From positions 1 through 38,939 of the forward strand of contig JAQGDQ010001476.1 in NCBI GenBank assembly GCA_030141605.1: a stretch of 38,939 nt of DNA. Reading direction: 5' to 3'. The notes beneath the pieces were generated by a model, which saw only the letters and a program-made list of their open reading frames with translations, ran no database searches and had not been told where the DNA came from. Source of the DNA: Tubiluchus corallicola (Eukaryota; Animalia; Priapulida). Positions 23,470 through 35,014 of this stretch are shown in pieces. Position 1 is the stretch's first letter; the number at the start of each line of letters is the position of its first letter. The translations under genes were made by a program, and so were the position numbers.

Positions 23470-23905
23470 TGGAACTGCAGCACCCCCTATTTTCACTCAG
23501 TATTATCAATAATATTCAACACAATGAGTCTTTTTTTCTTTAGTTCTTTCTTTATACTTGTATGGAACTAGACCACGTGAGGGTAGTACTGTTTGCTTCA
23601 CGGCCCAGCACGGTGCACTCCAGGAACGCGATGTTTGGCTGTTGTGCGCATGCGGTCATGCACACATGTCTGAGATAAGACGCTGCACTTTAAGTAGAAA
23701 GAGTACTGTCCCTCACGCAGTGTGTTTTGTCAGCTGTCACGTGCTTAAAAGCCGTGTATAAGCATATTCTTGAACCGCGACAAATTAGGCTATTTGTAAA
23801 CAAACAATATTTTTTGTTTAGAATTTTATCAAATTTATGTAAAAAATTTCCTTCCTATGTTTGTTTGTAATTGCGATTATAATGACAACATTAAAATTAC
23901 ATATG
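23470..23905 (+). mobile_element. Dispersed repeat family C, second copy
   Basis: Colinear with 10885-11310. Confidence 0.8.
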
Positions 23906-24170
23906 CAGAAGTCAAGCTTGTAATTCGGAGGCAACCCTGTAATTAAAGTTAAGCAACACGAAGCCTGATCATTAAGTGAATGGGCAACTGCTTTCGAGTG
24001 GTTTTAGTTGCCCTACTGTATATGTCAGCATCGCTAAGACGCCTCTTTAACGTCTTCTTAGACGATTAGGTCTTCTTTGTTGGTGTTTGATGATGATTTG
24101 GGTTCTGGTCGTGCCACAGCTATCATCATTGAACAGGTTCTGTTGTTTATAAGCCTGCTGTGTTTTTCAG

Positions 24171-24218
24171 ATGGTCTGGAAGGCACTTGATACGCTTTCG
24201 AGGTTCACATTTCCGACC
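24171..24218 (+). CDS. ZER1: ZER1/Zyg-11-like exon 1 (MVWKALDTLSRFTFPT)
   Basis: Acceptor TGTTTTTCAG, donor ACC|GTAAGC, phase 0-0; weak match to ZER1 'RNCCLTLCNFSIPE' (recalled from memory). Confidence 0.65.
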
Positions 24219-24469
24219 GTAAGCTCTTTTTTCACTTTTAATTTCAATTTAAAATAGTTTTAATTTATGTCTATGAATTTTTTCGATTAAACAAACTTTC
24301 GGGTACTAACACTAATAACGTGTCTGTTAAGGTGAAGAGTTCACCAGCAGGGCAGCAAAATAAGTTTATGGGAAATTTTAGGGTGAGTAGAGAATATATT
24401 TGAGGGCAGGGGAATCTTGACTGCATTGTAGGCAGAGCAGTACACTGGTGCCCCTACCCAAGCGCACAA

Positions 24470-24825
24470 ACAGTTGTTGTAGGTCAAAGGTTAAGTGTAC
24501 CACATCAACACGTCTTATCTACAACCATCACGTGACATATGGGTAAAGCAAAACCACCTGCCACATCAGTTCAGGAACCTCAGTTGTTTTACGCGAGCTT
24601 TACTTAATTATGCATTAGTGTGTACGTAGAGCGATTTACTAGCAGGATTTTATTTGGGAACAAGAAAAATGAACTAGGTAAGGTTCTAGCTAGCTGTTAA
24701 AACTGTTACTATTACAATAGCATGGGCTGCGAGGCGTTGTCAAGTGTACGTAAATGCGTTGTCTGGTACACTTAACCTTTGACCTTTTCACGATCATCAT
24801 CAATTGCTGGAAATATGAAAAGCTT
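24470..24825. mobile_element. Fold-back MITE family E
   Basis: GGTCAAAGGTTAAGTGTACCA (24482) and its inverse TGGTACACTTAACCTTTGACC (24764). Confidence 0.82.
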
Positions 24826-24856
24826 CATTTGACATTTTGCCTTTTCTTAATTTTAG

Positions 24857-25051
24857 ATATATGAGTTTAGGAAGCTACTTGAAACTGTGTTGAACACCGT
24901 CTACAAAGAGTCGAGGCTCAAGGCGAGTTCGGAAGACGAAGACGATATCGACATCTTTGACGACATGCCGACTATGCACTTGTTGTACAACATGACGTGT
25001 GTCGCTGATGGAAAACACAAAGAGATTTTAGGAGAATTAGGTTTCACGGAG
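24857..25051 (+). CDS. ZER1: ZER1-like exon 2
   Basis: IYEFRKLLETVLNTV...MHLLYNMTCVADGKHKEILGELGFTE vs ZER1 'FQYRRVNELLLSIL...VHLCNALVCQVDNDHKEAVGKMGFV'. TTTTAG acceptor, GAG|GTTAGG donor, phase 0-0. Confidence 0.85.
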
Positions 25052-25224
25052 GTTAGGTTTTTTGATTACATTTCAGTATCAATGAAATTTATGTTAAAAT
25101 CTGAACATACTGCAGTGTAACACCAGTATAGCGAACCTAGTTTATTGTGTACATGCTGCTAATGCGAACTCATAAGAACGAACTTTCATCATTTGTTCTT
25201 GTGTTTGCAAGCGATCTCAACTAG

Positions 25225-25680
25225 TGATCACATCACAAACTAACATAATCTTCAACAGCAAAAGTATTCCACGAGTGAATATTGAAGTACATTGCTACTG
25301 TATGATATTCAGTGTGTTGTACTACGTAAAACTAGGCAGTTTTTAAGATAAAAATTCAAATTTCAAATTTGCCGTTGTGCTTACGCGCGAGCTGTCGAAC
25401 GTCTGTAGTTCGTCACAAACTAACACGTCTGAACTGAGAGGTACAGCACCTGGTTTTTGTGCATCTCATTTCCGAAATGCCGGCGCTAGTGCCCATTTAA
25501 CTAGGAAATGGTGAAATGCATGTAACAGCGAAGAACTAGTGGCATGAATGCGAAATTGTGTTTGTGTGGTAATATTTCTTTTACGTAAGTCGTGTTTGAA
25601 AAAAAAACAGTACGTTTCATTTCAATATTTTAAAGAGCAGATTGTTTTGACCTACAATTTAACATTGGGTCCGGATGTGC
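25225..25680 (+). mobile_element. Dispersed repeat family D
   Basis: Matches 30385-30860 and the reverse complement of 16020-16470. Confidence 0.8.
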
Positions 25681-25746
25681 TTTTAAGTTTTGCATGTAGT
25701 TTCCTGTGTTCTGTGTGCTTATAATTTATGCACGTAATTTTTCTAG

Positions 25747-25843
25747 ATTGCATTGAACATGATATTGCGTCGTGTTCACAGCAAAAGCGCCACCTGTGAT
25801 AAAGTAGTTTCAGATGCTTGGAAAGTCCTCGTTAGTTTAACAG
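25747..25843 (+). CDS. ZER1: ZER1-like exon 3
   Basis: IALNMILRRVHSKSATCDKVVSDAWKVLVSLT vs ZER1 'TMLKLIQKKLLDKTCDQVMEFSWSALWNIT'. TTTTTCTAG acceptor, CAG|GTGAGT donor, phase 0-1. Confidence 0.88.
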
Positions 25844-25945
25844 GTGAGTTTTGGCTACTAAGAAATGATTTCAAAACGTAGCTATGGTTGGCTTTTATCA
25901 AATGTTGTGATATTTTGCATGTTTATACTGTGACTTTAATACGAC

Positions 25946-26295
25946 TTTTCACAGTTTTGCTGTAAGTCAAAGGTTAAGTGTACCACAGCAACGCGTCTTA
26001 ACTACAACCGTTACATGACGTGTTGGTAGAGCAAAGCTGTCTGACGCGTTGATTCAATAACGCAAGTTGTTTTATGTGGTTTTTACTTAATTATGCATTA
26101 GAGTGATTTACTAGCAGGATCTTGCTTAGAAACAAGAAAAAATGAATTAGGTAAGGTTCTAGCTAGCTGTTAAAACTGTTACTATTGCAATAGCATGGGC
26201 TGCAAGGCGTTGTCAAGTGTACACGAATGTGATGCCTGGTACATTTAACCTTTGACCTTTTCACGATCGTCATCAATCACTGGAACTGTGAAGAG
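25946..26295. mobile_element. Fold-back MITE family E
   Basis: CTTTTCACAGTT...GTCAAAGGTTAAGTGTACCA...TGGTACATTTAACCTTTGACC...AACTGTGAAGAG. Confidence 0.8.
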
Positions 26296-26404
26296 GCTTA
26301 TTGTGCAACACTATTTAAAATTTTTATGTTTACAGTAGGATTGTAACTATTTTATGTGCATTGCTTTCGAATATTTATATGCACGATGGGCCCTGTAAAT
26401 ATAA

Positions 26405-27195
26405 TTGTTGTTGTTGTTGTTGTTTTTGTCGTAGTTGTCATCGTCTTCACATCGTCGTCGTTGTTTTTTCCTGCCGTTGTTGTTGCTGTTGTTGTTGTTT
26501 TTGTCGTAGTTGTCATCGTCTTCACATCGTCGTCGTTGTTTTTTTCCTGCTGTTGTTGTTGCTGTTGTTGTTGTTTTTGTCGTAGTTGTCATCGTCTTCA
26601 CATCGTCGTCGTTGTTTTTTTCCTGCTGTTGTTGTTGTTGTTGTTGTTGTTGTTGTGTTGTTGTTGTTGTTTTTGTCGTAGTTGTCATCGTCTTTACATC
26701 GTCGTCGTTGTTTTTTTCCTGCTGCTGTTGTTGTTGTTGTTGTTGTGTTGTTGTTGTTGTTTTTGTCATAGTTGTCATCGTCTTCACATCGTCGTCGTTG
26801 TTTTTTTCCTGTTGTTGTTGTTGTTGTGTTGTTGTTGTTTTTGTCATAGTTGTCATTGTCTTCACATCGTCGTCGTTGTTTTTTCCTGCTGTTGTTGTTG
26901 TTGTTGTTGTGTTGTTGTTGTTGTTTTTGTCATAGTTGTCATCGCCTTCACATTGTTATTGTTGTTTTTGTTCCTGCTGCTGCTGCTGTGTTGGCTGTGG
27001 TTGTTGCTGTCGTTGTCATTGTGATTGTGGTTACCATTATTGTTGCTGCTGTTATTGTTGTTGTTGTTGCTGCTGCTGCTGCTGCGGTGGCTGTGGCTGT
27101 TGCTGCCGTTGTCATTGTGATTGTGGTTACCGTTGTTGCTGTTGTTGTTCTTGCTGTTACTGCTGCCGTTGCCATTACCGCTGTTGCTGTCATTG
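26405..27195. repeat. (GTT)-rich compound microsatellite with a recurring GTCATCGTCTTCACATCGTCGTCG unit
   Basis: Direct observation; all ORFs here are low-complexity. Confidence 0.93.
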
Positions 27196-27319
27196 CTTGC
27201 CACTGAAGGTGACAGCTGCAGTATTCTTGCACACTCATCATCATTATCGTCAATTCTGAGACTTCATTACTGATGGGAATTCTCCCTCTGTGTTTTCTAT
27301 GTTTGTTTAGCACAAGTAC

Positions 27320-27323
<4 letters not shown>

Positions 27324-27400
<77 letters not shown>
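27324..27400. repeat. (ATT)n microsatellite abutting a splice acceptor
   Basis: Direct observation. Confidence 0.96.
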
Positions 27401-27409
27401 TTTTTCCAG

Positions 27410-27480
27410 ATTGTACTCCAGCAAACAGCCATGTGTTTGTCAATAATAACGGCTTAGACATCGTCTTAGAGTGTTGGCAG
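27410..27480 (+). CDS. ZER1: ZER1-like exon 4
   Basis: (D)CTPANSHVFVNNNGLDIVLECWQ vs ZER1 'DETPDNCEMFLNFNGMKLFLDCLK'. TTTTTCCAG acceptor, CAG|GTATCT donor, phase 1-0. Confidence 0.88.
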
Positions 27481-27685
27481 GTATCTTTTAGGGCTGGTTT
27501 ACGATTTTTCAAGTTACTCAGAAGCTTGAAGCCATGTTCGGATTTGCTTTGCTAGATCTATTAGATCAAAATCGGTTGAGACGAATCATTGCATGCAGTT
27601 TTATGATCAGTCAGGGTTGTTGAAAAGGCAATCAAAGTGGCGAAGCCATTATAGGGTTATCATGCGTGTGGCTTCACGTACCACT

Positions 27686-28975
27686 GTTAATGAAGTACTA
27701 TTACTACTATTAATTAAGTATTATTACTACTATTAATTAAGGTCTATTAGTACTATTAATAAAGTACTATTACTACTATTAATGAAGTACTATCACTACT
27801 ATTAATGAAGTACTATTACTACTATTAATTAAGGTCTATTAGTACTATTAATAAAGTACTATTACTACTATTAATTAAGTACTATTACCAATATAAATGA
27901 AGTACTATTACTACTATTGATTAAGTACTATTACTAGTATTAATGAAGTACTATTGCTACTATTAATTAAGTACTATTACTACTATTAATTAATGTCTAT
28001 TAGTACTATTAATAAAGTTTTATTACTACTATTAATTAAGGTCTATTAGTACTATTAATAAAGTACTATTACTACTATTAATTAAGGTCTATTACTACTA
28101 TTAATTAAGTACTATTACTACTATTAATTAAGTATTATTACTACTATTAATTAAGGTCTATTAGTACTATTAATTAAGTACTATTACTACTATTAATTAA
28201 GTACTATTACTACTATTAATTAAGTATTATTACTACTATTAATTAAGGTCTATTAGTACTATTAATTAAGTACTATTACTACTATTAATTAAGGTCTATT
28301 AGTACTATTAAAAAAGTACCATTACTACTATTAATTAAGGTCTATTACTACTATTAATTAAGTACTATTACTACTATTAATTAAGTACTATTACTACTAT
28401 TAATTAAGTACTATTACTACTATTAATTAAGGTCTATTAGTACTATTAAAAAAGTACCATTACTACTATTAATTAAGGTCTATTACTACTATTAATTAAG
28501 TACTATTACTACTATTAATTAAGTATTATTACTACTATTAATTAAGGTCTATTAGTACTATTAATAAAGTACTATTACTACTATTAATTAAGGTCTATTA
28601 CTACTATTAATTAAGTACTATTACTACTATTAATTAAGTATTATTACTACTATTAATTAAGGTCTATTAGTACTATTAATTAAGTACTATTACTACTATT
28701 AATTAAGTACTATTACTACTATTAATTAAGTATTATTACTACTATTAATTAAGGTCTATTAGTACTATTAATTAAGTACTATTACTACTATTAATTAAGG
28801 TCTATTAGTACTATTAAAAAAGTACCATTACTACTATTAATTAAGGTCTATTACTACTATTAATTAAGTACTATTACTACTATTAATTAAGTACTATTAC
28901 TACTATTAATTAAGTACTATTACTACTATTAACTAAGTACTATTACTACTATTAATGAAGTACTATTATTACTAA
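27686..28975. repeat. AT-rich satellite of about 22-23 bp (GTACTATTACTACTATTAATTAA and variants)
   Basis: Direct observation, more than 50 degenerate units. Confidence 0.96.
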
Positions 28976-29769
28976 TTATTAAATACTGCTATTAACTATT
29001 ATTACTTACTATTATTGAATTAAAAATATAAAACTACTGACAATAAAACTGTTGAAATTAATTTCTGCACAGAACACTAAGTTCGTTAACGCCACAAATA
29101 AGACGAATAGAGCTCATTACCAGCAGTAATTAATGTAATTATCAAGATGCACAGATCATAAACACATATTAATTGCAAAATGCGTGCCAAAAATCAATAG
29201 TCCATCTTTCACACTCCAAAAACTTTACAGGAAAATTATTGCATTGCACTTTCTTATTAGCCGGTCTTATTTATAAACATCTTAGAAACGGCCATATGAT
29301 TTACGTATCTTTCGAAAATATTCTACAGTATTATATGTACGGATATCTAGACTATATCGTTTTCGGTTTTTCGACACAGCACCCACAACCAGTATGTCTG
29401 GAGGTGGGGTGTGGGGGTGACACAGTCAGTAATTGCTTCGTAACAACTGAAACCTCTCGTCTTTACATAATATGGCACTCTCCAAGTCTGAACCGTCCCC
29501 AACGATAGGCGGATTATTGTAGAAGGGTGTGGAGGGACCGAAATCTATCGGCGACTATCTAAGACACTGAACTGGCAGAGATGTCTCAGCAATGTTTGAT
29601 TTGCATACATGTTCCCGGCGAGGTAAACAGCAGGCAGCACAGCAGATCAAACCACCCGAAACAGTTTTTCCTGTCAGCTAGTCACCTCTCCAAATACTGG
29701 TGCTGATTTATGTTGTTTAACTTTGGTTAATATACTACATAACTGCACAGCAATATGTTTATGTTGCAG

Positions 29770-29885
29770 AGATTTCCTGAGCAGAGACAAGTGCATGTCA
29801 ATATGCTAAATCTGCTAATGAACGTGGCCGAGGTGAAAGAGTTAAGACCTCACTTAATGACTACAGAACTCGTTTCCATCTTCAG
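29770..29885 (+). CDS. ZER1: ZER1-like exon 5
   Basis: RFPEQRQVHVNMLNLLMNVAEVKELRPHLMTTELVSIF(S) vs ZER1 'EFPEKQELHRNMLGLLGNVAEVKELRPQLMTSQFISVFS', a very strong match. TTGCAG acceptor, CAG|GTAACA donor, phase 0-2. Confidence 0.95.
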
Positions 29886-30009
29886 GTAACAGCTCTTGTT
29901 GATACTTTATTCTCTTCCCAAATTAGGGGGGGGGGTGCTTCTCAAATTTCATCTACAAAGAGACTGAAAGGAAGACCGGATCTTTCATTTTCAAGTCCAA
30001 TAAAAGTAT

Positions 30010-30288
30010 CAGGGATGAGAATTTTCCGTGGATACGTGGAATTCCGAGTTTCTGGAAGACCAGTAGTGCCATTTCTGTAAATCGCGTAAATTCTTTGAGA
30101 AAATTTTTACTGACCCAGTACATTATTTCACAAGCTGACCGCTAGTTGGCAGGCCGTCACTTTGTTTACATCACGTACATCAGTGTAACCACGTGTATAT
30201 CTCTATGTATAAAAATATAGAATCAATTGTGCAGAGTTATTTGAGTCAATTGCAGACAGTTTTTATATACTTTTCATTCTCATCCCTG
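30010..30288. mobile_element. hAT-like MITE family B, internally deleted, 6-bp TSD AAGTAT, nested in a family D element
   Basis: Perfect TIRs CAGGGATGAGAAT / ATTCTCATCCCTG; AAGTAT at 30004-30009 and 30289-30294. Confidence 0.92.
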
Positions 30289-30860
30289 AAGTATACATTT
30301 TAACACAGTTAACACGGGAAAAGCGTTTCTGATAATTAAATAATAGATTAAAAGCTTAATTAACGGCAGGAGAGCCCAACTGTTTATAACATCACAAACT
30401 AACATAATTTTCAACAGCAAAAATATTCCACGAGCGTGTTGCACGTGTTTGCGAAAGAGAAAATTGAAGTACAGCACTGCTGTTAAGATATTCAGTGTGT
30501 TGTACTAAAACTAGTCAAGTTTTAAGATAAAAATGCAAATTTCACATTAATCGCTGTGCTCACGCATCAGCTGTTGAATGCGTGCAGTTCCTCACAAACT
30601 ATCACATCTGAACTTAGAAGTACAGCACATGTTTTTTGTGCAATGCATTTCTGAAATGCAGGCGCTGGTGTCCATCTAACTAGACAATGGTGAAATCCAT
30701 GTAATAGTGAAGAACTAGTGGCACAAATGTGAAATTGTGTTTGTGTCGTAAGAATTCTTTCACGTAAGTCATTTTTGAAAAAAATGGTATGTTTCCTTCA
30801 ATGTTTTAAAGAGTAGATTGTTTTGACCTTTGACCTACAGTTTAAGATCATTGAATCCTG
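30289..30860 (+). mobile_element. Dispersed repeat family D, interrupted by MITE B
   Basis: Matches the reverse complement of 16020-16575. Confidence 0.82.
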
Positions 30861-31111
30861 TTTTGCTGAATTAATTGCTCTTTCAAAATTCGTCTTTTGT
30901 GTCCCTAATTTTCTCTTGTAGAATGTAGATGGCACTGAAGTCTTGCATATTGCAAACAATCAAGACCTTCTTATCAAGTTGCTTAAAATGCCACCAAGAG
31001 CAGAAATCTTTGTTATTTTTGGTAATTTGTGATTCCAAGATTTAGATTTAAGCATTTATTCATTTTTTGTCTATTAAATTGTATTATGAAAATTTTCTTG
31101 TTTGTTAACAG

Positions 31112-31318
31112 TGAGATGCTGAGATACAAACATCAGATGCTGGGATATTGGCATGAACTGATGATGATGTATTTTGCCGCTTGCATTGTAGCACACTTGT
31201 CATCTGATGGACCGTCCAGCTGGACGATTGACCAACCAAAACGGGCAGAAGTACTTAAGAAAATGGCAAAATCCATAAGTGAATGGGACCTGCAGCAGCA
31301 TCTTTATGTTAACTACAA
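31112..31318 (+). CDS. ZER1: ZER1-like exon 6
   Basis: EMLRYKHQ...YFAACIVAHLSSDGPSSWTIDQPKRAEVLKKMAKSISEWDLQQHLYVNY(K) vs ZER1 'YNACGVLSHIMFDGPEAWGVCEPQREEVEERMWAAIQSWDINSRRNINYR'. TTAACAG acceptor, AA|GTACGT donor, phase 2-2. Confidence 0.92.
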
Positions 31319-32345
31319 GTACGTGTTAATATGTCTTTCTGTTAACTACAAGTACACATTAATACGTCTTTCTGTTAACTACAAGTACGCATTAATACGT
31401 CTTTCTGTTAACTACAAGTATGCATTAATATGTCTTTCTGTTAACTACAAGTACGCATTAATACGTCTTTCTGTTAACTACAAGTACGCATTAATACGTC
31501 TTTCTGTTAACTACAAGTACGCGTCAATATGTCTTTCTGTTAACTACAAGTACGCGTCAATATGTCCTTCTGTTAACTACAAGTACACGTCAATATGTCT
31601 TTCTGTTAACTACAAGTACGCATTAATACGTCTTTCTGTTAACTACAAGTACGCATTAATACGTCTTTCTGTTAACTACAAGTTCGTGTTAATATGTCTT
31701 TCTGTTAACTACAAGTACGTGTTGCTATGTCCTTCTGTTAACTACAAGTACGCATTAATACATCTTTATGTTAACTACAAGTATGCATTAATACGTCTTT
31801 CTGTTAACTACAACTACGTGTTAATATATTTTTCTGTTAACTACAAGTATGCATTAATACGTCTTTCTGTTAACTACAAGTACGCATTAATACATCTTTC
31901 TGTTAACTACAAGTATGTGTCAATATGTCTCTCTGTTAACTGCGAGTACACGTCAATACGTCTTTCTGTTAACTACAAGTACGCATTAATATGTCTTTCT
32001 GTTAACTACAAGTACGCATTAATACATCTTTCTGTTAACTACAAGTACACATTGCTATGTCCTTCTGTTAACTACAAGTACGCATTAATACGTCTTTCTG
32101 TTAACTACAAGTACGCGTTAATATATCTTTCTGTTAACTACAAGTACGCATTAATATGTCTTTCTGTTAACTACAAGTACGCATTAATACATCTTTCTGT
32201 TAACTACAAGTACACATTGCTATGTCCTTCTGTTAACTACAAGTACGCATTAATACGTCTTTCTGTTAACTACAAGTACGCGTTAATACGTCTTTCTGTT
32301 AACTACAAGTACGTGTCAATATGTCTTTCTGTTAACTAAAAGTAC
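31301..32345. repeat. 33-bp minisatellite (about 31 copies) derived from the exon 6 / intron junction
   Basis: Unit TCTTTCTGTTAACTACAAGTACGCATTAATACG; the first unit overlaps the exon end and donor. Confidence 0.96.
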
Positions 32346-32431
32346 ACGTTGGTACACAGTCTAACGTACCTATTCTAGGGTATTTAAATGAAAGTTGACC
32401 ACATTTGGTATTTCCTCACATTTCTTTGTAG

Positions 32432-32535
32432 ATCTTTTGCACCATTACTTGCTCTGGTACAATGCGATGATACACCAGAAGCTCAGCTGTGGGCAGTCTG
32501 GACTCTTGCTAACCTGACGACTGTTTCTGAGTCTA
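32432..32535 (+). CDS. ZER1: ZER1-like exon 7
   Basis: [34 protein letters not shown] vs ZER1 'SFEPILRLLPQGISPVSQHWATWALYNLVSVYP'. TTTCTTTGTAG acceptor, CTA|GTAAGT donor, phase 2-1. Confidence 0.92.
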
Positions 32536-32583
32536 GTAAGTAGCATTGTCAGTTTCAGAGATTTGCTGGAATGTGAAAATGAG

Positions 32584-32932
<349 letters not shown>

Positions 32933-33049
32933 CAGGTTTATGTTTAGCTGTTTGTCTGTTAGCTTTGTTGTTTGTTGTTCTTTGAATACAAGATGGCAGC
33001 ACCAAGTAAATAAAATCTCACATTACCTTGTCATGACTTTGTACAGTTA

Positions 33050-33663
33050 CTGCTTTTTGCATACAGGGCTTGCATCGGCAGTAACCCTGGATAAAACTTG
33101 TACATTAAAACTCCCGTGACGACTGTTAGGCACAGCCATTTTGATGGTAGGTCGTTTGAAATAAGGTTAGATAAGACTGTGTAAAGTTTGAAAAAATAAT
33201 CAGAACATTTATAGCACACATAAAACTTTAAATTAATGTATAAGACTAAATAAGACTCAATAAGACTAAAAATACATTTTTGGTTAGTGAGTACCAATCA
33301 CCAATTGGTAAAATGTGGTTGACTCACCTTGAAGGGACACCACTCATAAACCAAAAAGTATATTTCAAATCTTATTGACAAGATACAGTAATTTAATATT
33401 TTATTTGGTTAGTGACATGTGCACTACGAATGCTCGAGATTATTTATTTCAAACATTACTCAGTGTTATCTAAACTTATTTTAAATCACTTACCGTCAAA
33501 ATGGCTGCATCTAGCGGTCATTGCTGGAGTTTAAATTTACACGTTTTATTCAGCGTTACTGCCAACGCAAGCCCTGCATGCAAAAAGGCAGTGTGTAAGC
33601 GGTATAAAATTTCAAGACGAATTTTTAAGCTTTATGTAAGTGGAGGGTTTTCTTGTGCTTTAA
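33050..33663. mobile_element. Two family A fragments in inverted arrangement (33050-33293 minus; 33305-33663 plus)
   Basis: 33050-33293 matches 12620-12860; 33305-33663 matches 8005-8346. Confidence 0.75.
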
Positions 33664-33704
33664 GCCCTGATTAGTGAAAATGGTGAAAAAATTTGTCATT
33701 GCAG

Positions 33705-33903
33705 GAGAGACATATCGCGAAATGCTTAGAGATGACGGATTAGGCGAGCTAGGCGAGCTGGCTATGAGATACAAACATCAGGTGCTGGAATCTGATGGAC
33801 CATCCACCTGGACGATTGAACAACCAGAACGGGCAGATGTACTTAAGAAATTGGCGGAATCCATAAGTGAATCGGACCTGCAGCAGCATTCTGTTGCCTA
33901 CAA
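33705..33903 (+). CDS. ZER1: ZER1-like exon 8, chimeric: start of the ZER1 terminal exon fused to a deleted duplicate of exon 6
   Basis: CATTGCAG acceptor, phase 1. (R)ETYREMLRDDGLGEL resembles ZER1 'DKYCPLLIKEGGMPLL'; then RYKHQVLESDGPSTWTIEQPERADVLKKLAESISESDLQQH duplicates 31121-31301. Donor AA|GTACGT at 33904, or read-through to TAA at 34435. Confidence 0.8.
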
Positions 33904-34665
33904 GTACGTGTTAATACGTCTTTCTGTTACCTACAAGTACACGTTGCTATGTCCTTCTGTTAACTACAAGTATGCGTTGCTATGTCCTTCTGTTAACTAC
34001 AAGTACGCATTAATACGTCTTTCTGCTAACTACAAATACGCGTTGCTATGTCCTTCTGTTGCCTACAAGTACGTGTTAATACGTCTTTCTGTTACCTACA
34101 AGTACGCGTTGCTATGTCCTTCTGTTAACTACAAGTACGCATTAATACGTCTTTCTGTTAACAGCAAGTACGTGTTGATATGTCCTTCTCTTAACTACAA
34201 GTACGCGTTAATATGTCTTTCTGCTAACTACAAGTATGCATTAATACGTCTTTCTGTTAACTACAAGTATGCATTAATACGTCTTTCTGTTAACTACAAG
34301 TATGCGTTGATATGTCCTTCTGTTAACTACAAGTACGCATTAATACGTCTTTCTGTTAACTACAAGTACGTGTTAATACGTCTTTCTGTTAACTACAAGT
34401 ATGTGTTAATACGTCTTTCTGTTAACTACAAGTAAGTGTTAATACGTCTTTCTGTTAACTACAAGTATACGTTAATACGTCTTTCTGTTAACTACAAGTA
34501 CGTGTCAATACGTTTTTCTGTTAACTACAAGTATGCGTTAATACGTCTTTCTGTTAACTACAAGTACGCATTAATACGTCTTTCTGCTAACTACAAGTAT
34601 GCGTTAATACGTCTTTCTGCTAACTACAAGTACGCGCCAATACATCTTTTTGTTAACTGCAAGTA
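33890..34665. repeat. Second 33-bp minisatellite array (about 23 copies)
   Basis: Same unit as 31301-32345. Confidence 0.96.
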
Positions 34666-35014
34666 TTTTTGAATTGACGGATCGAGGCGTGACCAATTTG
34701 AAAGACGTATGCGGAGCCCCGGGGATAGGATGGGTAGCTTGTATATAGCACACTTCCAGGATCGTTTAACTCCGGGGGAAGCCTGGGTAGCTTGTATTTG
34801 GCACACTTCCAGGATTGTTTAATGCTTAATTACTACAGTCAGTCAAAAGCTGTAATAAAACAATTAATACAACCCAACAAACGTCTAGATAGATCAGGAT
34901 ACTAATTATAGTAAGAAATAAGCACCTTTAAGATGTTTAGAAAATCATACGTGTGCGGGATCATGAAATTTTTTTCCTAACAGCAATTTCGTACATATTG
35001 TGCACTGCAATAGA

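Noticed and set aside
26347-27424. Multiple overlapping 74-222 aa ORFs
   Set aside because: Trinucleotide-repeat artefacts; only 27410-27480 is a supported exon.
31029-32339. 436-aa ORF as a standalone gene
   Set aside because: It starts at a non-ATG codon in an intron. Only 31112-31318 is ZER1-like and the rest is the 33-bp array.
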